Source: Chthoniobacterales bacterium (GTDB taxonomy: Bacteria; Verrucomicrobiota; Verrucomicrobiia; Chthoniobacterales; JACTMZ01). Taken from it: DNA of 64,000 nucleotides. The notes under the pieces were generated by a model. It was given only the letters and a program-made list of their open reading frames with translations. It ran no database searches and was not told where the DNA came from. The stretch is taken from the NCBI GenBank assembly GCA_014879535.1, contig JACSRX010000029.1, positions 17,902 through 81,901 on the forward strand. The letters run 5' to 3'. This document shows, piece by piece, positions 52,732 to 61,870 of the stretch; positions within the stretch are counted from its first letter, which is position 1; every line of letters begins with the position of its first letter. The translations under genes and the position numbers were made by a program.

Positions 52732-55587
52732 TTACTGCCCGAGAAGCTTGCGGAACTCGGGCGTTCCCCTGATGCCCGTGTAGAGGGGATCGTTCGCCAG
52801 TGCGACTTTCGCCTGCATGCCGCCGAGTTGGATCGCCTTGCCGGCGGTTTCAAGGAATTGCTGCATTTGACGGTTGGTGAACTCGAAACGCGCCAAAGTC
52901 AACAGCACGGACACATCATTGGGCGCCAAGGATGCCAGCTTGCGTGCGGGTTCGAGCCCCGCCTGCCAGAGGCCGTTCGCATTGCAGAAGTCGACAGCGA
53001 ACCGGATGAAATCGGGATTGTCTCCGAACACGGAGGCGGCCTGCTCCAACTGCTGCCGCGCCGCATCCTGCTGGCCGGTCTCCATGTAAAGGCGCAGGAG
53101 GTTGGAAAGCGCCTCGGGATTCTGCGGGTGGACCTGAAGCTCGCGCCTCAGAACCCCGATCTCGCGGTCGGCCTCGCGCAAGCGGGTCACGCGTTCGCGT
53201 CCCTTTTGCACGCCGCGGTTCGCCGGATCCCCTTCCACCGCGCGATCCCAGATCTTGTTCATTTCGTCCCAGCGCTTCTGAGCCCGAAGAATGTCGCTCA
53301 GGGCGATGAGCGCCTCCATGTTGTTCGGATGCAGTTGGAGGGCCTGGCGGTAGGCGCGCTCGGCCTCCCCATACATCTTGCGCCAGCGGTAGATGTTGCC
53401 GGTCGAGTTGCGCAATTTCGAAAACGACCGCTTGGCGTCGAAATCCTCGTGGAAATTTTTGTCCGCCAGCAGCTTCTCGACGTAGGCATTCCAGAAGCGG
53501 AAATCCTCCGCCACGGCCTCGGGCGGCAGGCTCTCCAGCGGCTCCTTGTTGAGCCGGTAGCTCAGGCCGTTCGGCACGGCGTAAGCATACGTCCACTCCA
53601 TGGGGAAGCTTTCCTCGATGAAAAATTCGCGCTTGTCCTTGTTGTTCTCGAAGATCCACTGCGCGATGGCCGCGTGGAAAAGGATGCCGACATTCGGATC
53701 CTGCGGGTTCGCTCCCGGCGGCATGTTCATCGAAACCTTCCGCACGATGTCCACCAGTTCCTGCTCGCTGGGCATCTTGGTCGTGTCCGGCGGATAATGC
53801 TTGTCGCGCTCCAGCCATTTCTCAAACCATCCCTTTGCCGGCGGCCGTCCCGGCGCATAATGGTCGTGGATGTATTTCTGGTAAAATGCGTCAGCCAATG
53901 CGTTCTGCGTGACGATGACAAGGTCGCGCCGGTCGAAATCCGGATCCCTGCGGTGCTTCGGATCCACGAAGCTCTCCCCGAGGATCATGTAGGTCGGGAC
54001 GAAGCGCCCGGGATCGGTGCCGCCGAAGACAAAGGCATCCTTGGGGAGATCCTTGAGCATGTCGTGCCCGTATTCCCAGCCGAACCAATGGCCGCGCTGG
54101 CTGCAGGAGGGTTCGTTCTGCCATGCCGTCCACAAGGGGAGCAGCGGGAGAACCCATGCCGCGTGCCGGAAGCCGGGGCGCACGGACATCAACCGCGCCA
54201 GCACATAGGCAGTGCCTGCGGCGCAAAGCAGCGCAAAAAGAAGGTAGGCGTAGCCGTGATACGGAAACTGCAGCGACCATGCATCAATCGTGGTTTCCGT
54301 GCGTTCCATGATCGGCTGCAGGAAGGCAGCGAGCACAAACCCGAAAAAGACCAGGTAAAGAAAGGTTCGCTGCCTCAGCGGCAGCCTGAAAATGGCCAGC
54401 ACCCCGGCGAAAAATGCGACGATGCACCACGGGGTGAAGTTCTCCACCAGCTTGCGCCAGTAGAAGACGCTGAACTCCCTTCCGAGTTCCAGTGTGGAGA
54501 TGCGCTCCGGATCTTCGGGCTCCGGCGGTTTCTCCGGAGCTGTCCCCATGCCCTTGCCGAGGGTCCGCACAATCAGGTCGGACAGACTGCCTGCATATTG
54601 CGTGCGGTTGATCGAGTAAAAGAAGCCCTCCGGTGTGCGGGTGTAACCCCAATTCATCGGCGGGTTGGTCGAGGAAGCCAGCGGCATGTAGGCGTAGGGC
54701 AGCAGACCGAGGATCACGGCCACCGGAACCAGCAACACGATGCGCACATCGGTGCGTCGCCATTTGAGCACGAGCAGCACAAGCAACCCGAGCATGGCGA
54801 AATAGAAAAACCGCATCGCCGTGGACCATGTCGTCGCGTCATTCGACAACCATGCGAACCCGAGATAGACGAGCGCGGCGCTCACGAGCGCGGCCACCAG
54901 CACCTCCCAGAATATCGAGCGCCTGACCAGCAACGGCACCAGCAGCGGCAGGGGCGCCAACGCCAGCGTCAGGTGGTGGTTGCTCATGCAGAGTGAAAAC
55001 GCAAAAAATGTCGCCAGAATCGGAAGGTCGCGCTCGGGCCTGCGAACCCACCAGTAGAGGGACAGCAGGAACAGGCCCACGAGCAGTCCATGCAGGGTGT
55101 AAACCTCGGCGATGACCGCCTGCGTCCAGAAGGAGAAGCTGAAGGCGAAGAGCAACCCGAAGCTGCCTGCCACCAATGCGGCAACCATGGCGTTGGCGCG
55201 CTCCGAGGCGCCTCCCCATGACGGCATCATCCATCGGAGCATGCTGGAGGCCAGCAGCGTGGTCACGCCGACGGCCAGCGCACCACAGAATCCGCTGAAG
55301 AGATTGATCTCCCAAGCGGCATTGCCGAGCGGAAGCAGTTGAAAGAGCCAAGCCAGGAGAGTCCACAACGGATACCCCGTCGGGTGCGGGACACCGAAAT
55401 GCTGGGCTGCCGTGATGAACTCGCCGGAGTCCAGCAAGCCGACATTCGGCTGCGCCGTGTAAAAATACACCGCGCCGCTGATCAGCGTGGCGGCAACGGC
55501 GACGAGCCAGTCGGCCCGGAGAAACATGGGGCTGGAACCGGACGCCTCCACCGAAGTTTGGGGTTCCTCTTCGATTGCTTGAACCAT
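52732..55587 (-). CDS. DUF2723-family membrane glycosyltransferase-like protein with C-terminal TPR repeats
   Basis: LLDSGEFITAAQHFGVPHPTGYPLWTLLAWLF is the DUF2723 signature. Many TM segments follow, then TPR-like repeats (AERAYRQALQLHPNNMEALIAL...). Start uncertain (55587 or downstream). Confidence 0.75.
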   Translation of the reverse strand: MVQAIEEEPQTSVEASGSSPMFLRADWLVAVAATLISGAVYFYTAQPNVGLLDSGEFITAAQHFGVPHPTGYPLWTLLAWLFQLLPLGNAAWEINLFSGFCGALAVGVTTLLASSMLRWMMPSWGGASERANAMVAALVAGSFGLLFAFSFSFWTQAVIAEVYTLHGLLVGLFLLSLYWWVRRPERDLPILATFFAFSLCMSNHHLTLALAPLPLLVPLLVRRSIFWEVLVAALVSAALVYLGFAWLSNDATTWSTAMRFFYFAMLGLLVLLVLKWRRTDVRIVLLVPVAVILGLLPYAYMPLASSTNPPMNWGYTRTPEGFFYSINRTQYAGSLSDLIVRTLGKGMGTAPEKPPEPEDPERISTLELGREFSVFYWRKLVENFTPWCIVAFFAGVLAIFRLPLRQRTFLYLVFFGFVLAAFLQPIMERTETTIDAWSLQFPYHGYAYLLFALLCAAGTAYVLARLMSVRPGFRHAAWVLPLLPLWTAWQNEPSCSQRGHWFGWEYGHDMLKDLPKDAFVFGGTDPGRFVPTYMILGESFVDPKHRRDPDFDRRDLVIVTQNALADAFYQKYIHDHYAPGRPPAKGWFEKWLERDKHYPPDTTKMPSEQELVDIVRKVSMNMPPGANPQDPNVGILFHAAIAQWIFENNKDKREFFIEESFPMEWTYAYAVPNGLSYRLNKEPLESLPPEAVAEDFRFWNAYVEKLLADKNFHEDFDAKRSFSKLRNSTGNIYRWRKMYGEAERAYRQALQLHPNNMEALIALSDILRAQKRWDEMNKIWDRAVEGDPANRGVQKGRERVTRLREADREIGVLRRELQVHPQNPEALSNLLRLYMETGQQDAARQQLEQAASVFGDNPDFIRFAVDFCNANGLWQAGLEPARKLASLAPNDVSVLLTLARFEFTNRQMQQFLETAGKAIQLGGMQAKVALANDPLYTGIRGTPEFRKLLGQ

Positions 55588-55651
55588 ACGGAAGTGACCG
55601 CACAGCAAACACGAACCCGGGCCCCTCCGCAAGCGCCGTGAACCGGGGCGA

Positions 55652-58600
55652 TCAGGACAAAAGCAGTCCGTTCAGGGCGGCGCGCAGTTTTTCCTCGTGC
55701 CCGACCTTGAACCGGGACGCGGCATGCAGGCGGCGCACCCTGCCGTCCCGGGCCACAAATTCCAGCACCAGTGGACGCCGTCCCGGGAAATCCAGCACGC
55801 ATGAACGCAGGTCCTCCATCTCCCTGCGGCCGGCACGTCCGCAGGGCAACCGGAGCACCACGGGTGTTTCATGCTCCTCCCCCCTCGGCAGCGCCCGGAT
55901 CTCGGATGCCGTGACGGCAGGTTTGTCGTCCCGCTTGTCAAGACGACCGGTGATCTGCACGACCTTGCCCGCCTCAAGTTGCCCCATGTGCTTCTCGAAC
56001 GTCTCGCTCCAAACCCGGACCTCCACCTTCCCGGTGAAATCCTCGAGGACGAGGAAAGCACAGGGCTTGCCCCCCGATTTCGTGAACTTCTTCTCCACCG
56101 AATCGAGCAGTCCCGCCACCTTCACCGTGGCGCGGTCGTCCATTTCCTCCAGGGAGGCGACCGCGGTGAATTTTCCACCCTCCAGAGGGCCCCGATAGGC
56201 ATCGAGGGGATGTGCGGTCACGTAAAAGCCGAGCAACTCCTTCTCGAAGGAAAGCATCTCCGCTTCGGTGAACGGCCGGGCGCGGTGACGCCCCCCCGCC
56301 CGGGCGGTGACAGGCAGACTCTCCGCTCCGAAGAGGCTTTGCTGGCCCGCCGACCGGTCCCGATGTTGCGAGGCGCTGGCTGCAAGCACGGGCTCGAGAT
56401 CCTCGGTCAATTGTGCGCGGTCCTCGCCCGTGAAGTCGAAGGCACCGCATTTGACCAGGCACTCCATCGATTTGCGGTTGATGGCGCGCGGATCCATGCG
56501 CGAGGCGAAATCCTCCAGTGAAGCGAACACTCCTTTCGCCTCCCGCTCGGCAACCGCCTCGGCCATGGCCGCCTCTCCGACGTTCTTGACGCCGCTGAGC
56601 CCGAACCGGATGGCGGTGTGTCCTGCATGCTCCTCGGGCGAAAATTTCAGCACACTGCGGTTGATGTCAGGCGGGAGGATCACAAGTCCCATCCGCTTGG
56701 CTTCGTCCACGTAGAATGAAATCTTGTCCGTGTCGCTTACCTCGTTGCTGAGCACGGCGCACATGAACTCGACCGGATGGTGCGCCTTGAGCCAGCACAT
56801 GCGGTAGCTGATGAGCGAATAGGCGGCACTGTGGCTCTTGTTGAACCCGTAGTCGGCGAACTTTTCCAGCAAATCGAAAATGGCTGCCGCCTTCTTGGCC
56901 GGGATCTTGTTGTGCTTTTCGCATCCGGTGATGAAGACCTCCCTCTCCTTGGCCATCTTTTCCTTGTCCTTCTTGCCCATGGCCCGGCGGAGAAGATCGG
57001 CCTGCCCGAGGCTGTAACCTGCGAGAAGATTGGCCGCCTGCTGCACCTGCTCCTGGTAGATGAGGATGCCGTAGGTCTCCTTTGCGATCTTCTCGAGCAG
57101 CGGGTGATCATAGTTGATCTTCATCTCGCCCTTCTTGCGCTTGATGTAGTCGGGGATCAGGGCCATCGGCCCCGGACGGTAGAGGGCGCAGAGGGCGTTC
57201 ATGTCGTCGAGGCTGCTGAAGCCGAATGCCTTGCAGTATCGGGACATGCCGCCTTCAAACTGGAATATGCCCACCGTCTCACCGCGGTTGAGAACATCGA
57301 ATGCCGCCTGGTCGTCCACTGGAACGGCCTCGATGGAAAAGTCCGGAACCTTCCGCCGGATCAACTCCTCGGCGTCGCGGATGACCGTGAGCGTCTTGAG
57401 GCCGAGGAAGTCCATCTTGAGCATCCCGAGGTCGGTCAACGGCTCCATGGAGAACTGGGTGACAACCTCGTTTTCCTTGCCGCGGCAGAGGGGGATCATC
57501 TCGGAAAGATCGCGGTCGCCGATGACGACGCCCGCAGCATGGATTCCGGCATTGCGCGAGAGTCCTTCCAGCACGGTCGAGTAGCTCCAGAGTTGCTGGG
57601 TCCCCGGCTCGGAAGAAATGGCATCGCGCAGTTCGGGGTTCTTCTCCCGCGCCGATTCCAGGGTGATGTTCAGCTCGTTGGGGATCATCTTGGCGATCCG
57701 GTCTCCATCCCCGTAGCTCAGCCCCAGAACACGCGCCACATCGCGCACGACGCTCTTCGCCCCCAATTGGTTGAAGGTCACGATCTGCGACACACAGCGC
57801 TCGCCGTATTTCTGGCGCACATACTCGATGACCTCCCCACGCCTTGCCTGGCAGAAATCCACGTCGATATCCGGAGGACTCACACGCTCCGGGTTGAGGA
57901 AACGCTCGAAAATGAGGCCGTAGCGCACCGGGTCGAGATCCGTGATGCCGAGCACATACGCAACCATGCTGCCTGCGGCCGAACCGCGCCCGGGTCCCAC
58001 GGGAATCCCCCTGCCCTTGGCGAAATGGATGAAGTCCCAGACGATGAGGAAATAGCTCGTGAACCCGAGCTTCTCGAGGACGCCGAGCTCATAGTCCATG
58101 CGTTCCTTCAGTTCCGGCGCGGCCTCCGCCCCGTAGCGGCGGTGGAAGCCCTCCTCGCACAGTTCGCGCAGGTAACCCTCGCGCGTGCGGCCTTCCGGGG
58201 GATGAAAGACGGGGAACCGCGATTTTCCGAACTCCATGCTGACCTCGCACCGCTCCGCAATGAGCACCGTGTTCGTCAGGGCGTCCGGGTAGCCTCCGAA
58301 GACCTCCGCCATTTCCGCCGGGGATTTGAGATAAAGCTCCGGAAGGTAGCGAAGACGGCGTTCGTCCTGCACCATCGCCCCTGTGCCGATGCAGACCATC
58401 ACATCGTGGGCCTCGTGGTGGGAGCGCTCGAGGAAATGCACGTCGTTGGCCGCGACGAGCCCCAAGCCCATGTCGCGTCCCCACCGGATCAGTTGCGGAT
58501 TGCACTCGCGCTGCGCATCCATCCCATGGTCATGGATTTCCATGAAGAAATTGCCGGATCCGAAAATATCCCGGTATTGTCCTGTCAACTCCCGCCCCCG

Positions 58601-59068
58601 CTTCGGATCGCCTGCAAGCACGGCACTGCTGATTTCCCCCTTCAGGCAGCCGCTCAAGCCGATCAGGCCCTTCGCATGGCGCGCCAGCAGTTCCTTGTCG
58701 ACCCGCGGCTTGTAGTAGAACCCCTCAAGGTGGGCGGCGCTCACCAGTTTGATGAGGTTGGCCCACCCCTCATTGTTCTCCGCAAGCACCGTCAGATGGA
58801 ATGCGGCGTCACGTCCCGAAGATGCCTTCTTGTCGTGCATCGAACCCGGCGCCACATACAGCTCGCACCCGAGCACAGGTTTCACCCCGGCCTTGCGCGC
58901 CTCCTTGTAGAACTCCACCGCCCCGTAGAGCACCCCGTGGTCGGTCATCGCCACGGATTTCATCCCGCGTTCCGTGACGCTGCGCATGAGGTCCGCAATG
59001 CGCACAGCCCCGTCCAGCATCGAGTATTCCGTATGCACATGCAGGTGCGCGAAATCGGGAACGGCCAT
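55652..59068 (-). CDS. dnaE: DNA polymerase III alpha subunit
   Basis: 1138 aa. PHP domain FAHLHVHTEYSMLDG, polymerase core (PDIDVDF, GLLKMDFLGLKTL) and an OB fold. Confidence 0.95.
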   Translation of the reverse strand: MAVPDFAHLHVHTEYSMLDGAVRIADLMRSVTERGMKSVAMTDHGVLYGAVEFYKEARKAGVKPVLGCELYVAPGSMHDKKASSGRDAAFHLTVLAENNEGWANLIKLVSAAHLEGFYYKPRVDKELLARHAKGLIGLSGCLKGEISSAVLAGDPKRGRELTGQYRDIFGSGNFFMEIHDHGMDAQRECNPQLIRWGRDMGLGLVAANDVHFLERSHHEAHDVMVCIGTGAMVQDERRLRYLPELYLKSPAEMAEVFGGYPDALTNTVLIAERCEVSMEFGKSRFPVFHPPEGRTREGYLRELCEEGFHRRYGAEAAPELKERMDYELGVLEKLGFTSYFLIVWDFIHFAKGRGIPVGPGRGSAAGSMVAYVLGITDLDPVRYGLIFERFLNPERVSPPDIDVDFCQARRGEVIEYVRQKYGERCVSQIVTFNQLGAKSVVRDVARVLGLSYGDGDRIAKMIPNELNITLESAREKNPELRDAISSEPGTQQLWSYSTVLEGLSRNAGIHAAGVVIGDRDLSEMIPLCRGKENEVVTQFSMEPLTDLGMLKMDFLGLKTLTVIRDAEELIRRKVPDFSIEAVPVDDQAAFDVLNRGETVGIFQFEGGMSRYCKAFGFSSLDDMNALCALYRPGPMALIPDYIKRKKGEMKINYDHPLLEKIAKETYGILIYQEQVQQAANLLAGYSLGQADLLRRAMGKKDKEKMAKEREVFITGCEKHNKIPAKKAAAIFDLLEKFADYGFNKSHSAAYSLISYRMCWLKAHHPVEFMCAVLSNEVSDTDKISFYVDEAKRMGLVILPPDINRSVLKFSPEEHAGHTAIRFGLSGVKNVGEAAMAEAVAEREAKGVFASLEDFASRMDPRAINRKSMECLVKCGAFDFTGEDRAQLTEDLEPVLAASASQHRDRSAGQQSLFGAESLPVTARAGGRHRARPFTEAEMLSFEKELLGFYVTAHPLDAYRGPLEGGKFTAVASLEEMDDRATVKVAGLLDSVEKKFTKSGGKPCAFLVLEDFTGKVEVRVWSETFEKHMGQLEAGKVVQITGRLDKRDDKPAVTASEIRALPRGEEHETPVVLRLPCGRAGRREMEDLRSCVLDFPGRRPLVLEFVARDGRVRRLHAASRFKVGHEEKLRAALNGLLLS

Positions 59069-59163
59069 GCCCCGACCTTACGCCACCGGTCAAGGCACGG
59101 CCACCGCGGTCTGCCGGGTTTTCCTCGTGGCCAAATGCCCGGCGATGGCTACGCTCCACCGGC

Positions 59164-59784
59164 ATGTCCGCTCCCGAAGAAAACATCCTCGCCATTCCGC
59201 GAACCGTCCTCGAAAAGCTCGGCGTCTTCCAGGGTTTGAGCTTCGAGGTGGACCGCTACGTGCCCGGCCTGCTCGACCCGCGGAACAACCTTTTCCTGCC
59301 ACGCTCGTCCGCGGAGGGCGACCCGTCCCACAAACAGTTGATCCCCTACCTCGTGATCCGTCACGGAGACCGGGTGCTGCACTACACCCGCGGGAAGGCC
59401 GGCGGGGAATCTCGCCTTCACGCCAAGGGCTCGATTGGCATCGGCGGTCACATCAACGACGGCGACACGACAGCCGCGCATTTCGACCCAGCCGCCTACC
59501 ACCGCGCCGTGGAACGCGAACTGCACGAGGAACTCGTGATTCCCGCCGGCTACCGACAGACGATTGCAGCCCTTCTCAACGACGACACCACCGAGGTGGG
59601 GCGCGTCCACATGGGAATCGTCCACATCGTGACAGTGGAATCGACGGAGATCCTGCCACGGGAGGACGCCATCCGTGACGTCGAATTCATGACGGCTCAC
59701 GAGTTGGCCGCCAGGCGTGGACACCTCGAAACGTGGTCACAGATCGTCTTCGACGGGATCGAGCGCCTGCTCGGGGCTCGCTGA
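59164..59784 (+). CDS. NUDIX-fold hydrolase-like protein
   Basis: 206 aa with a degenerate Nudix-box-like stretch GGHINDGD...YHRAVERELHEEL. The assignment is tentative. Confidence 0.45.
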   Translation: MSAPEENILAIPRTVLEKLGVFQGLSFEVDRYVPGLLDPRNNLFLPRSSAEGDPSHKQLIPYLVIRHGDRVLHYTRGKAGGESRLHAKGSIGIGGHINDGDTTAAHFDPAAYHRAVERELHEELVIPAGYRQTIAALLNDDTTEVGRVHMGIVHIVTVESTEILPREDAIRDVEFMTAHELAARRGHLETWSQIVFDGIERLLGAR

Positions 59785-59816
59785 TTTCACCCCTGCGGCC
59801 CGGCTCCGGCTCCTTA

Positions 59817-61103
59817 CTACGCGCCCTGCAACTCGCTGATGATGCTGATGAGCGGGAGGAACAGCGCGATGACAATCGTGCCGACGACCACCGCAAGGAA
59901 CACGATCATGACCGGCTCGAGCAGTGAAGTCAGCCCCGCCACCGTGTTGTCCACCTCGTCGTCGTAGACATCGGCGATCTTGAGAAGCATCTCGGGCAAC
60001 TGGCCGGTTTCCTCGCCGACGTCGATCATGCTGACCACCATCGGCGGGAAAATGCCGCTTTTCTCCAGGGGCGACACGATCGATTCACCTTCTTTCACGC
60101 TGTCATGGACATGCTGGATCGCATCCGCCAGAACCACGTTTCCCGCCGTGTCACGCGTGATGTTGAGAGCCTGGAGGATCGGCACGCCGCTTGTCACGAG
60201 TGTGCCGAGGGTCCGGCTGAAACGCGAAATCGCGCTCTTCTTGATGAGATCCCCGAAAAGCGGCGTGCGCAGCTTGATGGCGTCGATGATTTTCCGTCCC
60301 TTGGCGGTCTTGCCGATGAGATTGAGGATCACAAACAAACCCACAATGCTGCCGATGATGACCAACACCTGATCCTGCACGAATTTGCTCACAGCGATCA
60401 CAAATTCCGTCAACCCCGGCAACGGTTTTCCTCCGAGCATGTCCGCAAAGATTTTCTCGAATGTCGGAACGATGTAAACCAACAGGAACCCCATGATCGC
60501 GACGGCGATGACGAGCACGATGATCGGGTAGAACATCGCGGAAACCACCTTGTTCTTCAGCTTCTGCGCTTTCTCCTGGAAGTCCGCCAGCCGGACGAGC
60601 ACCAGTTCCATCACGCCGCCCAGCTCGCCGGCTTTGACCATGTTGACGTAAAGTTTATTGAAAATCCTCGGATGTTGCCCCAAGGCGTCGGAAAACGTGC
60701 TGCCGCCTTGGACGGTGTCGGCCAACTTTCCAATCGTCTTGCGAAGCACGGGGTCCGGCTCCTGCTTGCCCAGAACCGTCAGCCCCCGGAGCAACGGAAG
60801 CCCGGAATCGATCAGGGTGGCAAGCTGGCGGGTGAAGATCATCAGCACCTTCGGTTTGATGGTCTTCCTCTCGAGGAAGGGAATGCTGATGTTGATCTCC
60901 TTCTTGAGACCCGCTCCCTTGGCCGCCTTCGGCGCCTTCGCGCGCCCCGCCGCTTTCGCCCCGTGGCCCCCCGCCGTAACACTCGTAGGGTAGTAGCCCG
61001 CCTGCCTCAACGCCTGGATGGCTTCCTGCTCGTTGCCGGCTTCGATGGTGTTGTTGACTTCCTGTCCGCGGGCGTCAAGGGCGGTGTAGGCAAAGGTTGG
61101 CAT
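59817..61103 (-). CDS. GspF/PilC-family platform protein (type II secretion / type IV pilus)
   Basis: 428 aa. FAYTALDARGQEVNNTIEAGNEQEAIQALRQAGYYP N-terminus and two T2SSF repeats (LATLIDSGLPLLRGL; LGTLVTSGVPILQAL). Confidence 0.85.
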   Translation of the reverse strand: MPTFAYTALDARGQEVNNTIEAGNEQEAIQALRQAGYYPTSVTAGGHGAKAAGRAKAPKAAKGAGLKKEINISIPFLERKTIKPKVLMIFTRQLATLIDSGLPLLRGLTVLGKQEPDPVLRKTIGKLADTVQGGSTFSDALGQHPRIFNKLYVNMVKAGELGGVMELVLVRLADFQEKAQKLKNKVVSAMFYPIIVLVIAVAIMGFLLVYIVPTFEKIFADMLGGKPLPGLTEFVIAVSKFVQDQVLVIIGSIVGLFVILNLIGKTAKGRKIIDAIKLRTPLFGDLIKKSAISRFSRTLGTLVTSGVPILQALNITRDTAGNVVLADAIQHVHDSVKEGESIVSPLEKSGIFPPMVVSMIDVGEETGQLPEMLLKIADVYDDEVDNTVAGLTSLLEPVMIVFLAVVVGTIVIALFLPLISIISELQGA

Positions 61104-61181
61104 AAAACGTTCCGACTGTGGGGGTGCTGAGCATTGATAAGCAGCAGAGGGGCATTCTCCAAGAGCAAAAAGCTCCCGGTC

Positions 61182-61865
61182 CTACAGACGAAGAAACGGG
61201 TTGCCCTCCCGCTCCTCGCCGATCGTGGTCAACGGCCCGTGGCCCGGAAGCACCATGGTCGCATCGGGCAACGGCAGAATTTTCTTCCGGATGCCGTCAA
61301 GCAGCAACTCCCCGTCACCTCCCGGAAGATCCCATCGCCCGATCCCTCCCCGGAACAACACATCGCCCCCGACCAGCAATCCCGTCTGTGGAAGATGAAA
61401 ACACAAGCTGCCGGGGCAGTGACCCGGAACCTCCAGAACATCAAAGCGCCACCCCAACAAATCCTGCCCGGCCCCCTCGCAGACAAGCTTGTCCGGTTCC
61501 AACGGTTCAACCCCCACGGGGAACCCCACCCGGCGGAAAAAATTCGCGTCGGTTATCATCGGCACCGTGTCTTCGTGGCACATTACAGGGCACCCGTGAC
61601 GGCGTTTGATGGCCGCCGCGTCCTGTGTGTGGTCCCAGTGTCCGTGGGTCAGAACAAGGAGTCCCACCGGCTCGTTCGCAAAATGCGCATCGGCACCTTC
61701 CGGGGCATCAAACAGGATCCCGCCCCGGGGGGCCTGCAACAGAAAGGAGTTGGTTTCGTAGTCCCCGCCGGTGAAAATTTTGAACTCCTCCATATGTTGG
61801 TGGTCAAACCTAAACAACTCATTTTCCTTGCGCAATGGGTCACTCGAAGCGACCAGTGAGTCCAC
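61182..61865 (-). CDS. MBL-fold metallo-hydrolase
   Basis: LVLTHGHWDH motif and GHCPGSLCF. Start at 61865 or at the internal ATG 61793. Confidence 0.75.
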   Translation of the reverse strand: MDSLVASSDPLRKENELFRFDHQHMEEFKIFTGGDYETNSFLLQAPRGGILFDAPEGADAHFANEPVGLLVLTHGHWDHTQDAAAIKRRHGCPVMCHEDTVPMITDANFFRRVGFPVGVEPLEPDKLVCEGAGQDLLGWRFDVLEVPGHCPGSLCFHLPQTGLLVGGDVLFRGGIGRWDLPGGDGELLLDGIRKKILPLPDATMVLPGHGPLTTIGEEREGNPFLRL

Positions 61866-61870
61866 ATCTC

